DNA of 64,000 bases from an uncultured Alphaproteobacteria bacterium (lineage in GTDB: Bacteria; Pseudomonadota; Alphaproteobacteria; RF32; CAG-239). The number at the start of each line of letters is the position of its first letter. The first letter of the stretch is position 1. Position numbers and translations under genes: made by a program. The stretch covers positions 82,768 through 146,767 of the forward strand of contig CASFQO010000013.1 in the NCBI GenBank assembly GCA_949297145.1. Reading direction: 5' to 3'. This document shows, in pieces, positions 45,642-54,045 of this stretch. The notes beneath the pieces are model-generated. The model searched no databases. It was not told the DNA's origin and was given only the letters and a program-made list of their open reading frames with translations.

Positions 45642-46691
45642 ATGTATTCACTTCAAATCAGATTCAAACTATTAAACAAATCCTGTAACCGACAGGAATT
45701 GAGCGATAACCTGAAAATAGGCCACATCAGCATTATGTCGGACGAACAAAGTCCTTTTTCGGTTATCATCCAAGGTTATCGTTCAGAAGAAGAAGCTCAA
45801 AAAACCGTTGACGAAATCAGAGCCGGAAATGTTATTGTTCCGCCGAAAGGCTCCAAGGAAAGTCCATTTGTTCTAGGAAATATGCCCGATGATTTTATCA
45901 TTGTTGAAAAACATAATCCGCAAAACACTTACACATTAAGAATTGATGAATTTAACTCGCCAGACGAAGCTCAGTGTGCTCTCGGCAAGATTCAGGCCGG
46001 CTTCTGCAAGTTTATGCTTGAGCGAAAATATGCTTATCAGGCGATTTTTGATAATCCACAAATTGTTAATAGCGAACAGCCGATGATTGCAGACAACGGC
46101 AATCCGATAATATTTGAGACCGGCCAAAAATTCCCAAACATCAGCGGCGGAGAGGTTCGTGTACAGTCGTTCACCTCTTCTCAAGTGCTGATACGGGATA
46201 TTGATAAATTTTTGAAAACAGGCAGTCCGATAAATGATGAGAAACTGAAGCTGGCTTTTGACATTTACCGCCTGTCATTTTATGACGACGTGCCGTCATC
46301 GCGTTTTTTGAACCTGATAAACATTTTGGAAGTTCTGGCTCTGAAAAAGAAAAAGGACAGCAAGACCTTAGAATTAATTGACAGCTGGGAAGCAGAACGA
46401 AAAGAAAGGCTGCAAAATAGTGAAAAAGGCAGTGCTGAAGAGCAATCGCTTAAGGATCTTAAGAGTACCTTACTTTATGGCCGAGACCAATCCATTCGCA
46501 GCAGCATATATGATTTTGTCTTAAGCGAACTCAATGATACGGATAAAGCGACCGCCGCAAAAAAATGGTATGATGTTCGTTCTCACCTCGTTCATGATGG
46601 TACTTTTGAAAAGCCTAAGGGAACTATAATCCCGATTGAAACCATTATTGAAGAAATTTTGAAGAAGAAGCTGACAGAGTTGTTTCATTAA
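45642..46691 (+). CDS. Hypothetical protein; duplicated N-terminal module, C-terminal HEPN-like Rx4H
   Basis: SVIIQGYRSEEEAQKTVDEIRAG / YTLRIDEFNSPDEAQCALGKIQAG repeat; WYDVRSHLVHDG contains R-x4-H. Confidence 0.55.
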   Translation: MYSLQIRFKLLNKSCNRQELSDNLKIGHISIMSDEQSPFSVIIQGYRSEEEAQKTVDEIRAGNVIVPPKGSKESPFVLGNMPDDFIIVEKHNPQNTYTLRIDEFNSPDEAQCALGKIQAGFCKFMLERKYAYQAIFDNPQIVNSEQPMIADNGNPIIFETGQKFPNISGGEVRVQSFTSSQVLIRDIDKFLKTGSPINDEKLKLAFDIYRLSFYDDVPSSRFLNLINILEVLALKKKKDSKTLELIDSWEAERKERLQNSEKGSAEEQSLKDLKSTLLYGRDQSIRSSIYDFVLSELNDTDKATAAKKWYDVRSHLVHDGTFEKPKGTIIPIETIIEEILKKKLTELFH

Positions 46692-46744
46692 AATATGATA
46701 CAATTTGTTACTTTATAATTTTAATAGACTTAAACCATAAAAAA

Positions 46745-46777
46745 ATAACCCGGAGAAGTTTCTCCGGATTATTTTTT
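46745..46777 (+). terminator. Rho-independent terminator
   Basis: ATAACCCGGAGAA pairs with TTCTCCGGATTAT, followed by T6. Confidence 0.8.
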
Positions 46778-47022
46778 GCAGAAAGACTTAAAAATCTGCC
46801 TTTTCAAGTGAAATGTACTTCAAAGCCTTATTGGACAAGGGATTGCAGCGGAACAGACAAAGGAAAATTTTATAGACAATCGGCTGCAAAGTCCCGGATT
46901 TCCTTGAATTGTACTTCACATATTCTTTTACTTCACATATTCGCAAAAATGGTTTATCAAATCAGGTATAATCGGGGCGTTGTATAGATACCGCTCTGGC
47001 GAAAAAGAAAAATCCCCCTCAT

Positions 47023-47580
47023 ATGACCATCACCGAACTTCAAATAAATGACGCTGCGGAACGGCAGCTGCATCTGATTGCTACACGGCAAATTCCCTTT
47101 GCCGTGGCGGCTTCTCTGACGGCAGTGGCAAAGATTGCCCAAGCTGAAGTGCGTGATCATATCAACGAAACCTTTACCATTCGCCGTAAAAGCGGTGGTT
47201 TTGCCAGCAGCATTGCCGTTAAATCGGCAACCAAGCAAAGCCAGACAGCAGAAGTTTATACAATGGCCCGATTTGCAGCTTTACAGCAAGTCGGTGGGTT
47301 GCGGCAACCACAGGGAAGCAACTTGGCAATCCCCTCCTATCAGAATCTGAGCGAGGTTAAGTTGCGGCGGTCAGTACGCAGTATTGCCGATGCCTTTGAA
47401 ATAAAACTCCAAGATGGTCAGACAGCTTTGGTTCGGCGCAAGGGAAAAGGCTTGCAATTTCTGTATTTCCTCAGAAAACAGGCTGATGTTCCGAAACGCT
47501 TCAAAATGATTGAAATTGTTACGGAAACAGTCCGGCGGGAATTTGAGAGAAATTTAATACAACAGATAGATAAGTTATGA
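47023..47580 (+). CDS. Phage morphogenesis-like protein, family uncertain
   Basis: 185-aa ORF with phage-like composition; resembles head-tail/neck proteins only loosely. Confidence 0.4.
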   Translation: MTITELQINDAAERQLHLIATRQIPFAVAASLTAVAKIAQAEVRDHINETFTIRRKSGGFASSIAVKSATKQSQTAEVYTMARFAALQQVGGLRQPQGSNLAIPSYQNLSEVKLRRSVRSIADAFEIKLQDGQTALVRRKGKGLQFLYFLRKQADVPKRFKMIEIVTETVRREFERNLIQQIDKL

Positions 47581-48204
47581 ATCATGAAGATATGATTGGA
47601 GATATTGATCAAATAATTCCCCGTAATCTTTATTCTTCCTAATTTTTTCTTGAATTAGTCTTAAATTTCGTTTTCTAACCTTTCGAATCACTCTGCTCCG
47701 GTCATGGCAGATATAAACATTACCGGTGAATGGATCAAGAACTTCACAATGGCAATGTGCATGAATCGGAAATGGCCATATATCATCTGCATCGCTTTTA
47801 TGAATACGCCATTGATGGTTACCGATTGTTGCAGTACCTTCTTGGACACATTCAAGTTCATTAACCTTCTCAACAACAATATCAAAACAGCATTCATAAG
47901 AATGACATAATTTTATAAAAAAATCTTCGACTTTCGGTATATTTTCAAATTCCGCCTCGAAAATAATATGATAGTTAGAGGTTTCGATTTTTATATTTTC
48001 TAAAGGAAGGTTCTGCAATAAAGTATTATGATATTTATCTTCAAGCTCAAAAAAAAGCCGAAATTTAATATGATTATTGAGTGGGTTTTGAAAAATGGAC
48101 CCTGCAAAATAACCATTGACGAATAACGTCTCGTTTACAATTCGAATTAGCGAGTTGTCACCAAAAACTTTATAGTTTTTATCTGAAGAAGAATTATTTG
48201 GCAT
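47575..48204 (-). CDS. Hypothetical protein with His/Cys-rich C-terminal motif
   Basis: GNHQWRIHKSDADDIWPFPIHAHCHCEVLDPFTGNVYICHDRS; low G+C. Confidence 0.5.
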   Translation of the reverse strand: MPNNSSSDKNYKVFGDNSLIRIVNETLFVNGYFAGSIFQNPLNNHIKFRLFFELEDKYHNTLLQNLPLENIKIETSNYHIIFEAEFENIPKVEDFFIKLCHSYECCFDIVVEKVNELECVQEGTATIGNHQWRIHKSDADDIWPFPIHAHCHCEVLDPFTGNVYICHDRSRVIRKVRKRNLRLIQEKIRKNKDYGELFDQYLQSYLHDS

Positions 48205-48427
48205 TGCTGTCCAGGCTGAAAAACAGGGTATCTTCCTGCGATATTTTGATATTTTGTGTCAGAGTGTTGACAATGATCGGCTGCGACGGATCTATGTCCA
48301 AGGTCGTATCATTTGGCCTGTTAGGCTGTACCGATTTGAAATCTATAGAAAGAATCGGTGTGCTGCGGCCATCCGCATCAGAAATATAGGCGTTGCGCCC
48401 GATAAACTTAATAGAATACTGTTTCAT
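48194..48427 (-). CDS. Small hypothetical protein, overlaps downstream gene by 11 nt
   Basis: 77-aa ORF; operon partner of 47575..48204. Confidence 0.45.
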   Translation of the reverse strand: MKQYSIKFIGRNAYISDADGRSTPILSIDFKSVQPNRPNDTTLDIDPSQPIIVNTLTQNIKISQEDTLFFSLDSNAK

Positions 48428-48659
48428 TCATGCCTCCGCCGCGTATTAAAAAATAAAAATCGGGAATGGGCAAGAAAAACCGGACGGTTACTAACTTTAA
48501 TATAACTTAATAAAGTATGTTTCAGGCGTCATTAGAAAGTAAGACTGCCTCAAAGTGCTGTTGGGTTTTCCATTTAGATTTAAGTGGAGAGCCGAAAAAC
48601 ACACATTTTTTATTTATTTCGTTGAAAAAAGGTACTGTCGGAAGATTTTTCGACGCGGG

Positions 48660-48875
48660 TAACGCGAACCCCGCCGCGTCGCTACCGATAGACTAAAAAA
48701 AGGGTTCGCACCAAGTTCGCACCGAATTTACGTCAAAGCCTTATAATATAAGTCTTCGCGCGAATATTATTATAAAAAAGACAGGTTCGCACCTAATTCC
48801 GCTCAATCCCTTGTCTTGCAAGCAATATAGCGGAATTTAACCTATAACAACACAGGTTCGCAGTTGCGAACCTCT
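48660..48875. repeat. Iterated GTTCGCA motif ending in palindrome AGGTTCGCA-GT-TGCGAACCT
   Basis: Direct copies at 48704, 48715, 48785 and 48856; inverted copies at 48865..48871 and (CGCGAAC) 48663..48669; palindrome 48854..48873. Confidence 0.7.
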
Positions 48876-48897
48876 TTTTTATATAAGGAAGCAAGAA

Positions 48898-50052
48898 TTG
48901 TGGATATACCTACCTGCCGAGTGTTATCACTCTGTTCCGGGGTCGGAGGTCTTGACCTTGGACTTAAACTCGCAATGCCAACTAGCCGAACAGTCGCTTA
49001 TATGGAGATCGAGGCCTATGCGTGCGAAATTCTGGTTAAACGCATACAAGAAAAAGTCTTGGATTCAGCACCTCTTTGGTCAAATGTCAAATCCTTCGAT
49101 GGCAAACCGTGGCGTGGAAAAGTGGATCTTATCACTGGCGGATATCCGTGCCAACCGTTTTCAGTTGCAGGAAAGAAACTCGGAGAAAAAGACCCCAGAC
49201 ATCTCTGGCCCCATGTGCGGAGAATTGTTTCCGAGGTTGAGCCAACGCTCTGTTTCTTTGAAAACGTCGGCGGACATCTACAGTTGGGCTTCGAACAAGT
49301 CCACGATGACCTACAAGGACTGGGTTACAAAGTTAAGGCAGGCTTGTTCACTGCGGAAGAAGTCGGTGCTCCGCATCGCCGTGAACGGCTCTTTATCTTG
49401 GCCTACCGTGATGACAGCAGATGCAACGGTTGCGGAAACAATCACGCCCAACGACAGGTATGTCCAAACCAAGAACGGCACCCTGCGCCGATACATCAAG
49501 AGCGGACACAACTGCAGTCTGGGATTAGCGAGAACAGCACGTCTCTGGCCGACAGTGCTAGTATCGGAAGCCAACGGCGCTTCACTCAAAAAAGTTCAGG
49601 CCGGATATTCGCGAAGCCGTCTGAAAGAGGAAGTTTTGTTGTGGAAACAGCCGAAGAGATGGCCGACACCCAGAGCTCAGGAACCCGGCAGTGTTTCTCC
49701 GAACTATACTCCGGGATTGAAACAAGTAGCAATGAACTGGCGAACACCGAATGCCTCGGATGCCGAGGGCGGTGTTATGGAGATCAGAACGGGAACTTCT
49801 GCCCGGATAAAACTTCGCGATCATTCCGTACATGTTGCCAATTGCCTCTGTGGCCACCCAGACCAAACGACTTTGATGACTGGCGAAATATCCCAGAGAA
49901 CCTTAAACCCGCGGTTTACCGAATGGCTGATGGGCTGGCCGACCGGGTGGACAGAGTTAGAGCCTGCGGCAACGGCGTGGTGCCTCTGGTGGCGGCGTAT
50001 GCGTTTACAGTTCTTACGTCTAACCTTGAATTTACAACAACAGGTATCTTAA
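48898..50052 (+). CDS. Fully overlapping +1-frame ORF (frame B): W(P/R)T(P/V)-repeat / LNPRFTEWLMGWPTGWT protein; true start unknown
   Basis: 384 stop-free codons inside the MTase gene; four spaced WPT motifs; stop TAA abuts the next ATG (TAAATG). Confidence 0.45.
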   Translation: MWIYLPAECYHSVPGSEVLTLDLNSQCQLAEQSLIWRSRPMRAKFWLNAYKKKSWIQHLFGQMSNPSMANRGVEKWILSLADIRANRFQLQERNSEKKTPDISGPMCGELFPRLSQRSVSLKTSADIYSWASNKSTMTYKDWVTKLRQACSLRKKSVLRIAVNGSLSWPTVMTADATVAETITPNDRYVQTKNGTLRRYIKSGHNCSLGLARTARLWPTVLVSEANGASLKKVQAGYSRSRLKEEVLLWKQPKRWPTPRAQEPGSVSPNYTPGLKQVAMNWRTPNASDAEGGVMEIRTGTSARIKLRDHSVHVANCLCGHPDQTTLMTGEISQRTLNPRFTEWLMGWPTGWTELEPAATAWCLWWRRMRLQFLRLTLNLQQQVS

Positions 50053-50069
50053 ATGAACGAGAAAGTTAA
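48900..50069 (+). CDS. DNA (cytosine-5)-methyltransferase (frame A)
   Basis: Motifs I LCSGVGG, IV GGYPCQPFS, VI ENV, VIII HRRERLFI, X GNGVVP; GTG 48900 behind AAGGAAG (frame open from 48864). Confidence 0.8.
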   Translation: MDIPTCRVLSLCSGVGGLDLGLKLAMPTSRTVAYMEIEAYACEILVKRIQEKVLDSAPLWSNVKSFDGKPWRGKVDLITGGYPCQPFSVAGKKLGEKDPRHLWPHVRRIVSEVEPTLCFFENVGGHLQLGFEQVHDDLQGLGYKVKAGLFTAEEVGAPHRRERLFILAYRDDSRCNGCGNNHAQRQVCPNQERHPAPIHQERTQLQSGISENSTSLADSASIGSQRRFTQKSSGRIFAKPSERGSFVVETAEEMADTQSSGTRQCFSELYSGIETSSNELANTECLGCRGRCYGDQNGNFCPDKTSRSFRTCCQLPLWPPRPNDFDDWRNIPENLKPAVYRMADGLADRVDRVRACGNGVVPLVAAYAFTVLTSNLEFTTTGILNERES

Positions 50070-51375
50070 ATTAAAAGTTGAATATGTCAAACTGGAAGAA
50101 CTCATCCCCTTTGAGTTAAATGCCAGAACGCATTCCAAAGAACAAGTCGGACAGATTGTCAATTCCATCGGAGAGTTCGACTTTGTAAATCCTATTCTGG
50201 TCGGTGTCGACAATATGATTATTGCTGGTCATGGGCGTTTGATGGCAGCAAAAAAGGCCGGATTGGAAACGGTTCCGATTATCCGCCTTCCACATCTTGA
50301 CTATAATCAATGCATGGCTCTGTCTCTGGCAGATAATAAAATTGCTGACAATGCCGGTTGGGATGAAGAAAAAATCGTTGAAATCCTCGGAAAGCTAGAA
50401 GATGCGCATTTCAACATTGATATTTTGGGCTTTTCCAACAAAGAGCTTGAAAATTATCGGGATGAATTTGAGACCAATGATGAAGAACTTGAATTTGAAA
50501 ACGAAGTCCCTGATTTCGTGGAAAAACCGGTTGCCCGGCGGGGGGATGTTTGGATTTTAGGCGATCACCGTTTATTGTGCGGCGACGCAACAAGCCAGAC
50601 AGACGTTGAAAAAGTTATGGACGGCGAAAAAGCGCAAATGGTTTTCACCGATCCGCCATATAACGTGAATTACGGAAATGCCTTGCGAGATAAACTGGCT
50701 GGAAAAGAAGGCGAACGCTCAATTCTGAATGATAATCTTGGCGAGGGTTTCCCTGCTTTTCTGTATGACTTCTGCTGCAATATCCTTGATGTCAATGTTG
50801 GCTCTTTTTATATTTGTATGGGCGGGTCGGAGTTGCACACTCTGTACCAAGCCTTTACGACGGCCGGTGGCAAATGGGAGGCCTACATTGTCTGGGTTAA
50901 AGACAAATTTACGCTTTCGCGTTCCAAACACCAACACCAGCATGAATGGATTTTATTCGGCAATCCTTATGAAGAACAGCATGAGGAAATCCTGTTAGGT
51001 GCGAAACCCGGTACGGCTCCGGCCTGGTATGGCGGACGAAATCAAACAGACGTGTGGGAATTTCCCCGGCCACAAAAAAGCGCTCTGCATCCGACAATGA
51101 AGCCTATCGCACTGGTTGAAAGAGCTATCCGCAACTCCAGTCGGGTAACAGACATCGTCTTGGATACCTTCGGCGGCAGCGGTTCAACGCTGATTGCCTG
51201 TGAAAAAAGCGGTCGGCGCTGCCGAATGATTGAACTCGACGAGAAATACGTCGATGTCATCATTAAGCGCTGGGAAGAATATTCCCGAAAAAAAGCCGTT
51301 CATGAACAAACCGGCAAAAGTTATGAGGACCTCAAAATTGAAAGAGAAAAAGAAGAAAATCAAAATAAACTGTGA
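50053..51375 (+). CDS. ParB-like nuclease domain fused to N6-adenine/N4-cytosine (beta-class) DNA methyltransferase
   Basis: ParB N-domain (IIAGHGRLMAAKKAGLETVPIIRL), DPPY (MVFTDPPYNV), FGGSGST. Confidence 0.85.
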   Translation: MNEKVKLKVEYVKLEELIPFELNARTHSKEQVGQIVNSIGEFDFVNPILVGVDNMIIAGHGRLMAAKKAGLETVPIIRLPHLDYNQCMALSLADNKIADNAGWDEEKIVEILGKLEDAHFNIDILGFSNKELENYRDEFETNDEELEFENEVPDFVEKPVARRGDVWILGDHRLLCGDATSQTDVEKVMDGEKAQMVFTDPPYNVNYGNALRDKLAGKEGERSILNDNLGEGFPAFLYDFCCNILDVNVGSFYICMGGSELHTLYQAFTTAGGKWEAYIVWVKDKFTLSRSKHQHQHEWILFGNPYEEQHEEILLGAKPGTAPAWYGGRNQTDVWEFPRPQKSALHPTMKPIALVERAIRNSSRVTDIVLDTFGGSGSTLIACEKSGRRCRMIELDEKYVDVIIKRWEEYSRKKAVHEQTGKSYEDLKIEREKEENQNKL

Positions 51376-51393
51376 TAAACAAATGATGAAAAC

Positions 51394-51918
51394 ATGGAAA
51401 TCTCGATCAGAGCTTATGCCGCCCGCAAAGGTATCTCCGATACCGCTGTTCGCAAGGCAATCAAATCCGGGCGGATAACGCTCACCAAAAACGGGAAAAT
51501 CAATCCGGCCTTGGCTGACCGGCAATGGGAAGCTAACACTGACCCCGCTCAGATTTATGCTATTAAAGAGGATTCATCGGCACGAACTGCTTTCTCTGAA
51601 ACGGCATCGTCGGCAAATTCTGGCAGTATCGGCGTTTCCTATCAACAAAGTCGGGCTATCAGGGAAGCCTACGAAGCCCGCCTTAAAAAATTAGAATTTG
51701 ACGAACGCACCGGAAAATTGATTTCCACGGAAACCGTCCAACGGGAAGCCTTTAATGCCGCGCGGAAAACCAGAGATATGATCCTGAATGTCCCGGACAA
51801 GGTCATTCCGCTGCTGATTGGCAAGACTGACATCCATGAAATGAAAGAGATTTTACGGAAAGAATTGCTGCGAACCTTAGAGAATCTGGCGAATTTGTTT
51901 GATGGAAATCGAGACTGA
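51394..51918 (+). CDS. Terminase small subunit
   Basis: N-terminal HTH (YAARKGISDTAVRKAIKSGRI); sits immediately upstream of and overlapping the large subunit. Confidence 0.7.
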   Translation: MEISIRAYAARKGISDTAVRKAIKSGRITLTKNGKINPALADRQWEANTDPAQIYAIKEDSSARTAFSETASSANSGSIGVSYQQSRAIREAYEARLKKLEFDERTGKLISTETVQREAFNAARKTRDMILNVPDKVIPLLIGKTDIHEMKEILRKELLRTLENLANLFDGNRD

Positions 51919-53788
51919 CAGCTTTTTCAACTATGGATTTGCAAAAGGAATACGCCCAGATCCGGACTATACCGTCGACGAATGGGCCGATGCGCATCGT
52001 ATTTTGTCTTCTGTATCTTCAAGTGAACCCGGGCCGTGGCAAACCTCCCGCGTTCCGTATCTTCGGGAAATTATGAGGTGTCTGTCGCCCTCGCATCCAT
52101 GTGAGCGTGTCATTTTAATGAAAGGCGCTCAAATCGGCGGTACCGAATGCGGCAATAATTGGATGGGATTTGTCATCCACCATACTCCCGGCCCGATGTT
52201 GATTGTCAATCCGACGGTTGAAATGGCCAAACGTACCTCAAAAATGAGGATTGATCCGGCAATTGACAACTGCCCGTCACTCAGGGAATTGGTTAAAAGC
52301 CCGCGAACCAGAGACAGCGGCAATACGGTCTTAATGAAAGAATTTCCCGGCGGCGTTTTGGTTTTGACCGGAGCCAACTCAGCGGTCGGCCTGCGTTCCA
52401 TGCCTGTCCGCTATTTGTTTTTGGATGAGGTCGACGGATATCCGAATGATGCCGGGGACGAAGGCGATCCGGTAGATTTGGCCATCCAACGTACGGCAAC
52501 ATTTTCAAACCGCAAGATTTTTCTGGCTTCTACCCCGACGCTCAAGAACTACAGCCGGATTGAAAAGGCTTTTCTTGAGGGAGATCAGCGTTACTTTTTC
52601 GTTCCCTGTCCGGTTTGCGGTGCAATGCAAACCTTAAAATGGGCAAATATCAAATTTGAAAGCAGACACCCGGAAACGGCATGTTATGAATGCGAAAAGT
52701 GCAAATCGCTATGGCAAGACTATCAAAAAGCCGAGATTTTGCAAAAAGGCGAATGGATAGCAACGGCTCCTGACCGCTCAAACGGCAAAATTGTCTCATT
52801 CCACCTGTCCTCGCTCTACAGCCCGCACGGCTGGACATCTTGGGGAGACATAGCCAGCGAGTTTGTGAAAGTCCATAAAGACCCGGCTCGTTTGCAGGTT
52901 TGGACGAATACCAAACTGGCCGAAACTTGGGAAGATCAGTCCGGAGAATCCATAGATCCGACCGGATTGATGTCACGGCGAGAAAATTATGGCCCGAAAA
53001 TCCCGATGAATGTGGTTCTTCTGACCTGTGGCGTTGACGTGCAGGATGACCGCTTGGAATTGGAGATTGTCGGTTGGGGCAAAGACGAGGAATCGTGGTC
53101 GATTGATTACCACGTCTTACATGGAGACCCGTCAACCCCTCAGCTCTGGGACGATTTGGACAGCATTTTGCAAAGGACATATGAGCATGAACGTAATATT
53201 GCACCTCTTTCTATTGCTGCAACTTGTATTGACAGTGGTGGTCATTATACAGATCACGTTATTACATTCTGCGGTGAAAGACTGCATCAGCGCGTGTTCG
53301 CAATCAAGGGAAGCAGTTCGGGCTTTGGTGTACCGATTTTTCCAGCGAGAGCCTCCCAAAACAAAAGATTGAAGAAACCAGTGTATGTTATTGGCGTGAA
53401 TGACGCCAAACAAACGCTCATGCAACGGTTGCGAATTAAAGAACCCGGACCAGGATGCTGGCACTTTCCGATTGACCGGGATGCCGAATGGTTCACACAG
53501 GTTACGGCAGAGGTTATCAAAACCCGGATGGTTAAAGGACGGCCGGTTCGGGAATGGGTACCCAGAACAGAAGGACATCCCTGCGAAGCCTTGGACTGCC
53601 GCGTTTATGCTTTTGCAGCGTTGCGCGGGTTAATGCGAAATTGGAAGTTTGACCTGAATGCTGCATTTGAACGTCTCCAAAGCTATCCGCTTAAAAACGG
53701 TCAAATTCCGGCAGGTAAAGCCGTTAGTCAAACAGCAGCTGCTCCGACAATTCGGTCGAGAGTTAGAAGTAAAGGAATCAGTTTATGA
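51899..53788 (+). CDS. Terminase large subunit, lambda GpA family
   Basis: RPDPDYTVDEWADAHRIL, Walker A-like KGAQIGGTE, LFLDEVD, C-terminal nuclease region. Confidence 0.9.
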   Translation: MMEIETDSFFNYGFAKGIRPDPDYTVDEWADAHRILSSVSSSEPGPWQTSRVPYLREIMRCLSPSHPCERVILMKGAQIGGTECGNNWMGFVIHHTPGPMLIVNPTVEMAKRTSKMRIDPAIDNCPSLRELVKSPRTRDSGNTVLMKEFPGGVLVLTGANSAVGLRSMPVRYLFLDEVDGYPNDAGDEGDPVDLAIQRTATFSNRKIFLASTPTLKNYSRIEKAFLEGDQRYFFVPCPVCGAMQTLKWANIKFESRHPETACYECEKCKSLWQDYQKAEILQKGEWIATAPDRSNGKIVSFHLSSLYSPHGWTSWGDIASEFVKVHKDPARLQVWTNTKLAETWEDQSGESIDPTGLMSRRENYGPKIPMNVVLLTCGVDVQDDRLELEIVGWGKDEESWSIDYHVLHGDPSTPQLWDDLDSILQRTYEHERNIAPLSIAATCIDSGGHYTDHVITFCGERLHQRVFAIKGSSSGFGVPIFPARASQNKRLKKPVYVIGVNDAKQTLMQRLRIKEPGPGCWHFPIDRDAEWFTQVTAEVIKTRMVKGRPVREWVPRTEGHPCEALDCRVYAFAALRGLMRNWKFDLNAAFERLQSYPLKNGQIPAGKAVSQTAAAPTIRSRVRSKGISL

Positions 53789-54033
53789 AATCTTATAAAG
53801 AACAGCTTGAAGAAATCCAAAAAGCGATTTCGGATATTCTTTCCGGTGCGCAGGAAGCTTCTTACAACGGGCAAAAAGTCAAAAAAGCGGACTTAAATGT
53901 CCTGTTTACGCAAGAAAAGTATTTGCGGGGCAAAGTTTCCCGCGATCCAAGCGGCGGTGGAGACGGAGAGTCCAGCGGCGGCACCAGCAGCGGCCGCAGC
54001 GGCATCCGTGTTCGCGGTATTACTCCGGTATAA
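53785..54033 (+). CDS. Head-tail joining protein, lambda gpW-like
   Basis: Small ORF between GpA and portal, as in lambda; ATGA overlap. Confidence 0.55.
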   Translation: MKSYKEQLEEIQKAISDILSGAQEASYNGQKVKKADLNVLFTQEKYLRGKVSRDPSGGGDGESSGGTSSGRSGIRVRGITPV

Positions 54034-54045
54034 TGGTCAGGCAAT

